From IMG/VR virus record IMGVR_UViG_3300006226_000001, positions 1 to 56,916 of that record: a stretch of 56,916 bases of DNA; one strand, written 5' to 3'. Source of the stretch: a virus. Shown one piece after another: positions 16,442 through 25,991 of the stretch. Made by a program: the position numbers and the translations under genes. Each line of letters starts with the position of its first letter. The stretch's first letter is position 1. The notes beneath the pieces are model-generated. The model saw only the letters and a list, made by a program, of their open reading frames with translations. It was not told the DNA's origin and did no database searches.

Positions 16442-17491
16442 ATGGCACAAGATAATATGTATTTACAAAGAAAGATGATGGCTGCTCTGGAGCAGACACC
16501 ACCATTACACCAGTTTTTACACAAAACATTTTTTAATAGAACTGTGAGACATACAACGCGTTTTATCGAATACGATGTCCGTAAGGGAAAGCGTGAGATA
16601 GCAAGGTTTGTCAATCCTCTGCACGCTGCTCATACGGTAGGGAAAGATGGCTTTGAAACCAAAACCACGATGCCAGCATACACAAAAGAGAAAATGCAGG
16701 TTACACCACTTGAAACACAATTCAGAGTTTTTGGAGATAACGCTTATGTTCCCAAAACACCGCAGCAAGTAGCAGATGAGATGATGGGTGAAAATCTGAG
16801 AACCCTAAACGAAAGATTGAGCAGATTGGAAGAGAAGCTCTGTGCTGATGCATTATTTACAGGTAAAGTAATTGCAGAGGGTCTGGGATGGTCTACTAAT
16901 GTAGATTTTGACTATTCTGCTGGAACAGAATATACTGACAATATCTTTACTCTTACTGGGACCTCTGCGTGGAACAATCCCAACAGTAGTCCCCTAAAAG
17001 ACATCGATAGGTGGAGACGAAATATAGTTCGTAGGTGCGGTATCCGTCCAACACATTTGATTTGTGCTTATGATGTTGGTTGGGCATTTATTGAACACCC
17101 TGAAATACAAAAGTATTTGGATAACCGCAGATATGAAATAGGAACGGTTCAACCAGATTTACAGGCAAACGGAGTGAGCTTTATTAGTGAGTTTTCATTG
17201 CCATCTGGTAGAATACAGGTGTATGTATACGATGAATGGTTTATCGACCCAGTAGATGGTGCAGAAAAGCCAATTGTCCCAGCTGGAAAAGTTCTTATTG
17301 GGTCAAATCAAGCGAGATGTGAATTCCACTACGGAATGATACAGAATATGGAAAGTCTGCAAGCTGTCCCAAGATGGGTGAAAGTTTGGACAGAATTAGA
17401 TGGCTCTGCAAATTGGGTTCAACTTGAAAGTGCGCCAATGCCGAATCTATTCCAACCAGATGCTTTTATTGTGGGTAATGTTCTTGCTTAG
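16442..17491 (+). CDS. Major capsid protein, gpE (lambda) family
   Basis: 349 aa. N-terminal LEQTPPLHQFLHKTFFNRTVRHTTRFIEYDVRKGKREIARFVNP pattern, plus synteny. Confidence 0.88.
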   Translation: MAQDNMYLQRKMMAALEQTPPLHQFLHKTFFNRTVRHTTRFIEYDVRKGKREIARFVNPLHAAHTVGKDGFETKTTMPAYTKEKMQVTPLETQFRVFGDNAYVPKTPQQVADEMMGENLRTLNERLSRLEEKLCADALFTGKVIAEGLGWSTNVDFDYSAGTEYTDNIFTLTGTSAWNNPNSSPLKDIDRWRRNIVRRCGIRPTHLICAYDVGWAFIEHPEIQKYLDNRRYEIGTVQPDLQANGVSFISEFSLPSGRIQVYVYDEWFIDPVDGAEKPIVPAGKVLIGSNQARCEFHYGMIQNMESLQAVPRWVKVWTELDGSANWVQLESAPMPNLFQPDAFIVGNVLA

Positions 17492-17499
17492 GAGCCATA

Positions 17500-18024
17500 A
17501 TGGAAATGGTAATAAAACTTTTGTCAAGTATCCGTCATGATGGAATGGATGTCGAAAAGGGCAAAATTATCAAGATTTCAGAGCGTGATGGTTGTCGCTT
17601 GATTTCATTGGGCATTGCAGAATATATCGATGCAGGTGAGGGGGAAGTAGCACCTCCACCTGCGGTCGATGATGAAGCTTTGGATTTAAACAATATCGAT
17701 AAAGAGACTGCTTGTATCCTTGAAAGTTGCGACTCTGCTTTGCTTCTTGAATTAAGAGCTAAGACAAATAAAGTTCTGCGGGAAGAGCTGATTGGGATGG
17801 GTGTTACACTTACCAACCGTGAAAACAAAGCAGGGTTGATAGCCTTATACATTGAAAATATGTATAAGGACGGAGTTGAGACAAAGGCTGAGCTATTAAA
17901 ACGAGCTGAAACTATGACGGTGGAAGAGCTGGCAAGTGAGCTTGCGATATTTGGAATTTCGACAGAAGTAAGTGATACAAAAGAAAAGCTGTTTGAGTTG
18001 CTAAAAATAGAGCTGAGTAAATAA
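17500..18024 (+). CDS. Hypothetical head-associated protein with two HeH/SAP-like motifs
   Basis: ORF track. RBS GGAG. Repeated helix-extension-helix-like segments (LRAKTNKVLREELIGMGV, MTVEELASELAIFGIS). Confidence 0.6.
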   Translation: MEMVIKLLSSIRHDGMDVEKGKIIKISERDGCRLISLGIAEYIDAGEGEVAPPPAVDDEALDLNNIDKETACILESCDSALLLELRAKTNKVLREELIGMGVTLTNRENKAGLIALYIENMYKDGVETKAELLKRAETMTVEELASELAIFGISTEVSDTKEKLFELLKIELSK

Positions 18025-18338
18025 TGGGTAACACATTCAAAGAACAAGTCTATGAGGACTTTAAAAACGTCTTGATGAATTTAGAGGAATATGGACGGGA
18101 GTGTTCTTGGAATGGATATCCTCTACAGATAGCTGAGGATGCCCGGATAAATACCCAGCTGTATGAAGCTCAAGGTGTTAATTTTGATAAAAAGATAATA
18201 TATTGCCGTGAAATTGACCTTGCTTCTCCTCCATCTGTTACAGAGCAGGTCAATTTTGACGGCGAGTATTGGTATGTATCGGATGTGAAAACACCGTTTA
18301 GTTATTTCATAATAACACTTGAAAGGCGGATATCATGA
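18024..18338 (+). CDS. Putative head-tail connector / head completion protein
   Basis: Assigned from position after the capsid gene and overlapping start/stop codons; no motif recognised. Confidence 0.5.
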   Translation: MGNTFKEQVYEDFKNVLMNLEEYGRECSWNGYPLQIAEDARINTQLYEAQGVNFDKKIIYCREIDLASPPSVTEQVNFDGEYWYVSDVKTPFSYFIITLERRIS

Positions 18339-18949
18339 TAATAATGACAAACGAAATTTACAAAGATAGATACAAAAAATTTTTTCAAAAATATCCAGCA
18401 TTACTTGAAATTGCAATAAAGAACTCTGCGGATAAAGCTATCAATGAGTTAAGAAAAGATGTCCGTAGAGTGGTTCCAAAGTTATGGAATGTAAGAAAGG
18501 AACAACTAAAAGATTTCAAAGTCAGAAAGTCCGATGCAAATGGGATAGCAACTGCAACTCTTAAGGATAACAGAACTAATTTTAAATTTCTTTCACCAAG
18601 TCCCAATACACCGATGACTGGTAAAACAACAGGTGGAGTATCAATACTTTTAAGAAATACAAGACATAGATTTCAACACGCCTTCACTGCTAATCTTGGC
18701 AGACGAGGTTTTGGAGTTTATCAACGAGTATTTCATGGTGCAACAGGACAAAAAGTAATGTATGTTGACCCAAAAACAGGAACAAGAAAACAAGCAGTGA
18801 AAGCATTGACCACCATATCAACGCCTCAAATGTCATTATCAGAGTTAACAGATATTCCAAGAGAAGTAGAAGAGAGAGCAAATCGGAAGTTTGAAGAAGA
18901 GTTTATGAAAGAAGCAGAGGCGATGATTGTTAAAATGGGAGCAAAATGA
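18335..18949 (+). CDS. Putative neck / tail completion protein
   Basis: ATGA coupling on both sides; assigned from position only. Confidence 0.5.
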   Translation: MIIMTNEIYKDRYKKFFQKYPALLEIAIKNSADKAINELRKDVRRVVPKLWNVRKEQLKDFKVRKSDANGIATATLKDNRTNFKFLSPSPNTPMTGKTTGGVSILLRNTRHRFQHAFTANLGRRGFGVYQRVFHGATGQKVMYVDPKTGTRKQAVKALTTISTPQMSLSELTDIPREVEERANRKFEEEFMKEAEAMIVKMGAK

Positions 18950-19491
18950 GAATATATTGGCTTTTAAAGGATTTACAACAAGAACTAAAATTAGCTTTTG
19001 AGAAATTTCCTTTTAGAGATGGTGAGGATTTCAGACCACCTGAAATATGGATTGGTGATGTTCCCCCAAAAATCTCACTGCCAACGAATGTGCAGAAGCC
19101 GTATAAATCTGGTGAACCGCCATTTATTGTTATCCGTTTTCTTGACGGCGACCAACAGATTGACAAAGCAAAGTTCTTTGAAATAAGAATAGGTTTTTTA
19201 TGTGCTGTTTATAGCAAAGAAAGTTTTGACGAAATTGAAACAGGTTATCAAGACATATTTAATATGATTGAAAGGGTAATGCTGGTTTTAAATAATCGTC
19301 ATTATTGGCTTGAAAGTTTTTGGAAATGTGAGGAAAATATAAAAGTGGTAAGTGGTTTACAGAAAGAATTAACAAATATCTATGATGCTGGTTCAAACTC
19401 ACACCCATTTTATGGCTCGGCTGTGGTTGCGACATTTACTTGTCCAGCAATAAACCGACCACCATTCCCAGAAACAGATAATAAATATTAG
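18946..19491 (+). CDS. Putative neck / tail terminator protein
   Basis: ATGA overlap with the upstream gene; assigned from position before the sheath gene. Confidence 0.5.
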   Translation: MRIYWLLKDLQQELKLAFEKFPFRDGEDFRPPEIWIGDVPPKISLPTNVQKPYKSGEPPFIVIRFLDGDQQIDKAKFFEIRIGFLCAVYSKESFDEIETGYQDIFNMIERVMLVLNNRHYWLESFWKCEENIKVVSGLQKELTNIYDAGSNSHPFYGSAVVATFTCPAINRPPFPETDNKY

Positions 19492-19504
19492 GAGGAAAAA
19501 TAAG

Positions 19505-19837
19505 ATGTCAGAGAAAGATGAAAAAGTAAAATCACCAGCTGTTATGCCAAAGGCAACACCAAAACAATTACGATGGATTTATTTAGGTGTTCCAATGATA
19601 GAGCGTGGCAAGGATGGACAGATTTTGTTTCAGATAAGATATGCGCAGACATTTAATAATGGACTGCCCAGTGAAGTGGAAGAGCGAATGAAAGCAGACG
19701 GAGATTTCAAGAGAATGTTTGTCGAACACAAGGATGCTGCTAAAACAATGGCGGAGTTGAGCAAACCTGACAGTAGCCTTTCGATTGCTAAAAAAGCATT
19801 GTCTGAAAGGTATTTAAAATCAAAGAAAAGGGGGTAG
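19505..19837 (+). CDS. Hypothetical protein (110 aa)
   Basis: ORF track; strong RBS AGGAGG. Confidence 0.6.
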   Translation: MSEKDEKVKSPAVMPKATPKQLRWIYLGVPMIERGKDGQILFQIRYAQTFNNGLPSEVEERMKADGDFKRMFVEHKDAAKTMAELSKPDSSLSIAKKALSERYLKSKKRG

Positions 19838-19840
19838 GGA

Positions 19841-21307
19841 ATGTCTGATTTTTATGGAGTGAGATTTAGAGAAGTTCCAACGAGCTTGCTTGCGCCTGTT
19901 CGTGTGAATGCTTCTCTTTTAATGGCTTTTGGGACTGCCCCGATACATAGGCTTTCCCCAGAGCAACAAGAAAAGGTCAAGCCTGGTAGTCTTGTATTAG
20001 CTTTTAGCAATGCAGAGGCTTCACAGCAATTAGGGATAGATGGTGCAAGGGATGACACAAAGAAATGGGGATTGAGTGAGGTCGCTTATAACAAGTTTTC
20101 TTTGTTTAGTCAAGCACCAGTGATATTTGCAAATTTATTTGACCCAGCTGTGCATAATCGAAATATAACAGGTGAAGTAGTTACATTTGATGTCAATGTA
20201 GGGATGCTTGCTAATGACGATTTGATTGGTGATTTGGCTCTATCAAGTAGTGGAACTACCTTTGTAGAGGGGACTGACTATTATTTAAATAGGGTTACAG
20301 GTATGATAGAGGCAATCGATGGTAGTAGTTTATCAACTGCAATCACATCTGGGTCCAATCCTATAACAGCTACTTATAGATGTGCTGCTCCCGATTTGGT
20401 AACTAATGAGGATTGTATCGGTGGCTATGATATTTTGACAGGTAAAACAACAGGGTTGGAACTTGTCGAACAAGCTTTCCCAGAGTTTCGGATGGTGCCT
20501 GGAATACTATATGCACCGAATTTTACTCATCCGTCAGTAACAGCGGTTTTGAGTGCCAAGACAGAAAATATCAACGGAGTATTTAAGGCTGGGATTGCAG
20601 TGGCTAATGTTCCAGACGATGCGGTGGATATTTATTCAGATTTACCAAAATGGAAAAACGAGAATAGTTTAGTCTCTGAAAATCTGTATTTGTGCGTGGG
20701 TCGATTGATTGATGGTGAGCGGACATATAATACGGCGGTTCAAGCGGCTTGCCTAATGGGTCTGGTGGATGCAAGACGACAAGTAGCACCCTACGAGTCA
20801 CCATCTAATGAAAATTTGAGGTGTCAAGGCTGGATGTTGAACGGAGAGGAAGTCAATTTATCATTGCCTCAGGCTAATATGCTAAGAGGAAATGGTATAA
20901 GCGTTCCGCTCAATTTTATTGGTGGGTGGAGATTGTGGAACTCATGGACAGCGGCTTACCCTGGTAACAGTGACCCTAAGGACTCTTTGATAACACACAG
21001 ACGAATGATGGCTTGGTATGGCAATGGTCTTGTAATGACATATTTCCAGACTGTGGACTCACCATTTAATAGACGAATGATAGAAACCATAATCAACAGT
21101 GAACAGATAAATCTAAATAGCCTTGCTTCTGCAGGTGCTATTATAGATGGGTCGATTAGTTTCAACGAAGCGGATAATCCTTTGACTGATTTAATGCAGG
21201 GATTTGTTAAATTTGATGTGAAACTTGGACTTGTTTCTCCAGCACAACGGATAGATTTCAGTTTGGAATTTGACCCAGAGATGCTGCTGGCGTTGTTTGC
21301 AGGATAG
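19841..21307 (+). CDS. Contractile tail sheath protein (P2 FI-like)
   Basis: N-terminus MSDFYGVRFREVPTSLLAPVRVNASLLMAFGTAP resembles FI-type sheaths. 488 aa, directly upstream of the tube gene. Confidence 0.85.
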   Translation: MSDFYGVRFREVPTSLLAPVRVNASLLMAFGTAPIHRLSPEQQEKVKPGSLVLAFSNAEASQQLGIDGARDDTKKWGLSEVAYNKFSLFSQAPVIFANLFDPAVHNRNITGEVVTFDVNVGMLANDDLIGDLALSSSGTTFVEGTDYYLNRVTGMIEAIDGSSLSTAITSGSNPITATYRCAAPDLVTNEDCIGGYDILTGKTTGLELVEQAFPEFRMVPGILYAPNFTHPSVTAVLSAKTENINGVFKAGIAVANVPDDAVDIYSDLPKWKNENSLVSENLYLCVGRLIDGERTYNTAVQAACLMGLVDARRQVAPYESPSNENLRCQGWMLNGEEVNLSLPQANMLRGNGISVPLNFIGGWRLWNSWTAAYPGNSDPKDSLITHRRMMAWYGNGLVMTYFQTVDSPFNRRMIETIINSEQINLNSLASAGAIIDGSISFNEADNPLTDLMQGFVKFDVKLGLVSPAQRIDFSLEFDPEMLLALFAG

Positions 21308-21316
21308 GAGGTGTAA

Positions 21317-21838
21317 ATGGCTAATATTCAACCACAAGTAATACAAAATTTTGAGGCTTATTTGGACGGAAATAGGCTTTTAGGAATAGTAGATGCAACT
21401 CTGCCAAACCTACAAGCGATGACAATAGAAACACAAGGCAGTGGCCTTGGTGGACAACACGAAGTGCCTATTCTGGGTCACTTTCAAAATATGTCAGTTT
21501 CTTTTTCCTGGCGTGTAGTCCATGCAGAAATACGAAATTTACTCCCCCAGAAATATCACCATATAGAGCTTTGGGGTGCAGTCCAGAAGGTCGACCCAGC
21601 AACAGGTCAGTTTCAGTCAATACAGCAGAAAATCATAATGAGAGCGGCTCCAGTTAATTTTAATTTAGGAACATTTGCAGTCGGAGCGTTGCAAGATACA
21701 GAAACCGAATTTAATGTCTCTTATATAAAAATAATGGAAGGCAGTGATGAAATAGCCGAAATAGATTTTTATAATCAGATTTACAAGGTCGGTGGACAGG
21801 ATTTGTTATCAGAACTTAAAGGAGTGTTAGGTTTATGA
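21317..21838 (+). CDS. Tail tube protein (P2 FII-like)
   Basis: 173 aa. N-terminal pattern NFEAYLDGNRLLGIVDATLPNL, plus synteny. Confidence 0.8.
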   Translation: MANIQPQVIQNFEAYLDGNRLLGIVDATLPNLQAMTIETQGSGLGGQHEVPILGHFQNMSVSFSWRVVHAEIRNLLPQKYHHIELWGAVQKVDPATGQFQSIQQKIIMRAAPVNFNLGTFAVGALQDTETEFNVSYIKIMEGSDEIAEIDFYNQIYKVGGQDLLSELKGVLGL

Positions 21839-22188
21839 GCGATGCATTAAACTCAGAATTAGTAGATAAATTAATGGAGACCAAAATAACAAAATACAAG
21901 CTGAGTCGTCCTGTAACAATCGCAGATAAAACCTATACAGAATTGACACTGGATTTTGACAAATTGACCACAGAGGATATGATAGAGATTTCTAATTATC
22001 CTGGTGTGACAAGTCAAAATTCCCCTATAAATGAGCAAAATAAAACCTATGTTCTGCATATTGTAGCAAGAGCGGCCGGGCTGACAATCCACGAATTAAA
22101 GAAGTTCCCAATAGCAGATGGAACTGCTTTAACGCTTTTGGCACAAGGTTTTTTAATGAGCACGGCATCGGAAGTATTGGTTCAATAA
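21835..22188 (+). CDS. Tail assembly chaperone (gpE/gpG-like), 0-frame product
   Basis: Lies between the tube and tape-measure genes and contains a slippery site near its 3' end. Confidence 0.75.
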   Translation: MSDALNSELVDKLMETKITKYKLSRPVTIADKTYTELTLDFDKLTTEDMIEISNYPGVTSQNSPINEQNKTYVLHIVARAAGLTIHELKKFPIADGTALTLLAQGFLMSTASEVLVQ

Positions 22189-22346
22189 TGGATTTGTGTG
22201 TGGTAATGGCTCGGTTTACCCATACATCGATTGAATATTTTCTGAAATTGCCGTTAAATCGGTTGCGAGCATGGACAAATAGCATAAACAGAGTAGCCAA
22301 AATGGAACAAGACCAAATGGAGAGGGCAAATGGCAAAAGACACTAA
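21835..22346 (+). CDS. Tail assembly chaperone, predicted -1 frameshift extension product (gpE+E'/gpGT-like)
   Basis: Manual -1 frame translation after the slippery site gives NEHGIGSIGSIMDLCVVMARFTHTSIEYFLKLPLNRLRAWTNSINRVAKMEQDQMERANGKRH. Confidence 0.6.
22149..22155 (+). promoter_or_regulatory. Candidate -1 programmed ribosomal frameshift heptamer T_TTT_TTA
   Basis: 0-frame codons are GGT TTT TTA. The -1 frame is open from 22155 to the stop at 22344..22346 (63 extra codons), overlapping the tape-measure start. Confidence 0.7.
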
Positions 22347-24570
22347 AAAAGCATTTAGTGTAATGTTTAGTATTGGTGGAAAGCTTGACCAATCGCTGAA
22401 AGTTGCGACTGGTGAGGCTCAAAAGCTAATAGAAAAAACTGCTAAAAAGACTAAAGACCAACAACTTTTAAGTCAACTTGAAAGTCGACAGCGTCAGGCA
22501 ATGAAAGGCTTGGAAGCTGCGTCAAAAAAGATGTCAAAGGCTTGGTCTGATGTAGGTCGCTCTATAATGGTTCCAATACGAAACCTTGCTTTATTAGCGG
22601 CGGCTGGTGGTGCCGCCGCTTATAGCATAGCCAGTAAGACTGCAAAGTGGGGGGATGAAGTATATAAAACCGCTCAAAAGATAGGTATTACAACAGAAGC
22701 GATGTCAAAACTTGCTTATGCTGCTCAGCAGTCAAATGTGTCAACTCAGGAATTATCGACAGGAATGAGAAATTTAAGGCAGAATATCACCAAAGCCATT
22801 GAGGGCAATGCCGATGCTCTGCTTGCGTTTCGTAGAGTAGATGACCATTTTAATTTATACAATAAAGATGGAAGTTTGAAAAAGACAGATGAGATTTTGA
22901 TAGAGGTTTCAGATAGATTTAAAAAGATGGCAGATGCAGGTGTTGACAGCGTATATATGCTTGATTTAGCAACAACTGTATTCGGAAATAGAGCTGGTGC
23001 TGCTCTGATGCCTTTGCTGGTCGAGGGGAGTGAGGGGATAGAGGCAATGCGAAAAGAAGCAGAGGAATTGGGAATTGTTTTTGATGATGTGTCAGGTTTA
23101 CAGGCAAAGGAATTTCAGGATAGTGTAACCAGATTAAAGGCTTCTTTTCAAGGTTTAATGATGGCTGTGGGTAAACCATTATTAGAACCTATAACAAAAA
23201 TACAGATAGCCTTAGGTAATTGGGTGGCAAGTAATAGAGAACTTGTTAGCCAAAAAGTAAATGAGTTTTTAGAAAGGATTAAAGAAAATTTACCCAGAAT
23301 AAAAGATTTTATGTTTGAGGTTCGTGATGCATTAGTAGGTGTAGTCAGAATAGTTAAAGGCTTAATTGACAAGCTTGGTGGTCCAGAAGAGGCATTAAAA
23401 AAAATAACAAAGGCTTGGGTAGCATTTCAAGGACTAAAAATTTTGATTTCATTAGGAACTGCAATAGCCGCTACTGTTAAATTTGCTGGAGCATTAAAAA
23501 AAGTAATAGTAATAACAAAAGCATTATTAAAATTAAAGTGGGTAATAGCGATAGGTAAAGGAATTGCTGCTGTGTTTAGTATAGCTGCTTTAAAAATCAT
23601 AGCAATTGTAGCAGCGATAGCCGCCTTGGTTTATGGAATTTGGTGGGTTATAAAGAATTGGGATAAAGTGCGTGCCTTTTTATCTAAAGTAGGTGAGATG
23701 ATAATAGGCGGGTTTATAATTATGTGGGAAAAGATTAAAGGAATATTTACAAAATTTATAGATTATGTAAAAAGTTTATTTGAGGAAGGATTTTTAAAAG
23801 GGATAATTAAAGTATTGGCTCATTTTACTCCTTATTATTGGATTATGAAAGCAATAAATAAAATATTTGGCATTGATTTAATAGCAATGGCAAGAGGGTG
23901 GATGAGTGGTCTTGGTGCAAGTATTATTGGTGGTTTTCAAATAATAGGCAATGGCATTATTTCAATTTTTACTAACTTTATAGATTATGTGAAAGGGTTG
24001 TTTGATGATGGTCTTATAAAAGGCATTATAAGGATATTGGCTCATTTTACCCCTCAGTATTGGATAATGAAAGCAATAAATAAGATTTTTGACATAGATT
24101 TAATACAGATGGGTAAGGATTGGATGAGTGGGTTGATAACTGGAATTCTTGAAGTATTAAGAAACGGAGTTTCTGCTATTGGCTCTGCGTTTAGTAATTT
24201 AATTCCCAATCCTATAAAAAACCTATTTAGCAGAAGTGGTGAGGGTGTTCCAGCTTTTGCTCAGGGTGGCATTGTGAACAGACCGACACTGGCGATGGTC
24301 GGTGAGGATGGTGCAGAGGCTATAATTCCATTAAATAAACCTGACCGGGCAAAAGAGATTATAGCACAGATAACACCCAAGCTGGACCAATCAGGTGGTG
24401 GTAAGGGTGGTGGTGCTTCATTTGTTTTCAGTCCAACGATAAATGTCAATGGTGGTGAGGCAAATAGCATTAAGCCAGCAGTTACAGACGCGTTGAATGA
24501 GGCAAAAAGATATTTTGAAAAGTGGATTTCTGATAGAGAGAGAAATCAACTGAGGGCAAGTCTTGTATGA
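22330..24570 (+). CDS. Tail tape measure protein
   Basis: 746 aa, helical and TM-rich. C-terminal GGIVNRPTLAMVGEDGAEAIIPLNK motif. Lies after the chaperone pair. Confidence 0.9.
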   Translation: MAKDTKKAFSVMFSIGGKLDQSLKVATGEAQKLIEKTAKKTKDQQLLSQLESRQRQAMKGLEAASKKMSKAWSDVGRSIMVPIRNLALLAAAGGAAAYSIASKTAKWGDEVYKTAQKIGITTEAMSKLAYAAQQSNVSTQELSTGMRNLRQNITKAIEGNADALLAFRRVDDHFNLYNKDGSLKKTDEILIEVSDRFKKMADAGVDSVYMLDLATTVFGNRAGAALMPLLVEGSEGIEAMRKEAEELGIVFDDVSGLQAKEFQDSVTRLKASFQGLMMAVGKPLLEPITKIQIALGNWVASNRELVSQKVNEFLERIKENLPRIKDFMFEVRDALVGVVRIVKGLIDKLGGPEEALKKITKAWVAFQGLKILISLGTAIAATVKFAGALKKVIVITKALLKLKWVIAIGKGIAAVFSIAALKIIAIVAAIAALVYGIWWVIKNWDKVRAFLSKVGEMIIGGFIIMWEKIKGIFTKFIDYVKSLFEEGFLKGIIKVLAHFTPYYWIMKAINKIFGIDLIAMARGWMSGLGASIIGGFQIIGNGIISIFTNFIDYVKGLFDDGLIKGIIRILAHFTPQYWIMKAINKIFDIDLIQMGKDWMSGLITGILEVLRNGVSAIGSAFSNLIPNPIKNLFSRSGEGVPAFAQGGIVNRPTLAMVGEDGAEAIIPLNKPDRAKEIIAQITPKLDQSGGGKGGGASFVFSPTINVNGGEANSIKPAVTDALNEAKRYFEKWISDRERNQLRASLV
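23707..24150 (+). repeat. In-frame tandem duplication (2 x 222 nt, 74 aa) inside the tape measure gene
   Basis: Unit 1 (23707..23928) encodes GGFIIMWEKIKGIFTKFIDYVKSLFEEGFLKGIIKVLAHFTPYYWIMKAINKIFGIDLI. Unit 2 (23929..24150) encodes GGFQIIGNGIISIFTNFIDYVKGLFDDGLIKGIIRILAHFTPQYWIMKAINKIFDIDLI. Confidence 0.9.
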
Positions 24571-24782
24571 AATGGACAACAATAAGTAGGGCAGGTGATA
24601 CTTTTGATATGCTTGCTTTAGAGATTTATGGAAGTGAAAAGATGGCATATTTACTTTTAAGGGAAAATCCAGATTTGATGCATTATATTTATTTACCAGC
24701 AAATAAAGAGATTGTTGTTCCCCAACTGCCAAAGAGTAAAAAAGGGACGGAGCGACCAGCACCGCCGTGGATAAACCGATGA
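24567..24782 (+). CDS. Tail protein X (P2 gpX-like, LysM-type)
   Basis: 71 aa. GDTFDMLALEIYGSEKMAYLLLRENPDL...LPANKEIVVP pattern. Confidence 0.75.
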   Translation: MKWTTISRAGDTFDMLALEIYGSEKMAYLLLRENPDLMHYIYLPANKEIVVPQLPKSKKGTERPAPPWINR

Positions 24783-25960
24783 GTGTAAGAAATTGTAAAC
24801 TTGAATTATTTTATAAAGACAAAGAGCTTGATATTTCCGATATGGTGGTTGATTTTAGCTATGTAGACAGGACCCGTAGTGATTTAGGTGATGAGCTTTC
24901 TGTTACATTTCAAGATGTAGCTGGGTTGTGGCGTGGTGGCTGGATACCAGATTTTGGAGCGAAGTTTAATGCTGTGATAAAGTGTGAAAATTGGTTTAAT
25001 CCGGGTGATAGCTATGAGAGAGATTGTGGTGGATTTGAGATAGATAGCCTTTCGAGTAATGGATTGCCATCGACCTTTAGTATAAATTGTGTGTCGGTGG
25101 GGATTACGAGCAGCATAAGGAGACAACAGAATACAAAGGATTGGGAAGAGATAAATATTAAAGATTTATTTCAAGAGATAGCAGAAGAGCATGGCTTTGA
25201 GCTTTTGTGGTATAGTGAGTTCAACCCTATTTTAGAGCGTTGGGAACAGCGAGGTCAGAGTGACATAGTATTAATAAGGGAAATCTGTGATTATGCTGGT
25301 TTGATGATAAAGATTACAGGTGATAAAATCATAATATTTAGAAGCGAGGAATTTGACGAAGTAGAACCAGAGATTGTAATCAATGCGATGGACAATGGAG
25401 TGGTGGCGTGGGATATCAACAGCAATTCAAGTAATGTTTATTCTGCGTGTGAGGTAACTTATTATGACCCTGAAAAAAAGGAAATGATAGAGTATTTATA
25501 TTTCCCAGAGGGGTTGAGTGGAGTGCGTAGAAGTGGTGGGGATGGCAGGTCGAACACTGGAAGTGAGGAAGTCGGCACAAGGCAAGTTATTGACCCTGAG
25601 ACCCGGATGGTTAGTTATGTAGAAATTCCAGTTGCACCGGCGGAGGAAGAAGAGGAAGAAGAGCCTGAGGTTTTTGACCCTGAGGTGGGTCAGATATTAA
25701 AAATCAATCAGCGTGTTGGGTCGCTTGCAGATGCTGAGATGCTTGCCAAGTCTATGTTGAGGAAAGCCAATATGCGACAGCTTGAAGGCAGTATTAGTTT
25801 TATGGGTCGACCAGATTTATATAGTGGTTTGAATATCAATTTAAAGGGATTTGGTAGGTTTGTCGACAGTGTGGTTTGGCAGATAGAAGAGGTGGTTCAT
25901 AGTATTAGTTCGGCAGGGTATTCAACTGATATTTCTATCAGGGGAGTTGTAGGTTATTAA
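24779..25960 (+). CDS. Tail/baseplate hub protein, P2 gpD-like
   Basis: Follows gpX. About 393 aa. ATGA overlap start at 24779. Poly-Glu linker. Confidence 0.7.
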   Translation: MSVRNCKLELFYKDKELDISDMVVDFSYVDRTRSDLGDELSVTFQDVAGLWRGGWIPDFGAKFNAVIKCENWFNPGDSYERDCGGFEIDSLSSNGLPSTFSINCVSVGITSSIRRQQNTKDWEEINIKDLFQEIAEEHGFELLWYSEFNPILERWEQRGQSDIVLIREICDYAGLMIKITGDKIIIFRSEEFDEVEPEIVINAMDNGVVAWDINSNSSNVYSACEVTYYDPEKKEMIEYLYFPEGLSGVRRSGGDGRSNTGSEEVGTRQVIDPETRMVSYVEIPVAPAEEEEEEEPEVFDPEVGQILKINQRVGSLADAEMLAKSMLRKANMRQLEGSISFMGRPDLYSGLNINLKGFGRFVDSVVWQIEEVVHSISSAGYSTDISIRGVVGY

Positions 25961-25991
25961 ATGGAAATATATAACAGAAAGGAGTTTGATT

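Noticed and set aside
17535-18047. 170-aa minus-strand ORF
   Set aside because: It is antisense to a well-supported late gene with RBS and coupling. It has no RBS and is Ser-rich low complexity.
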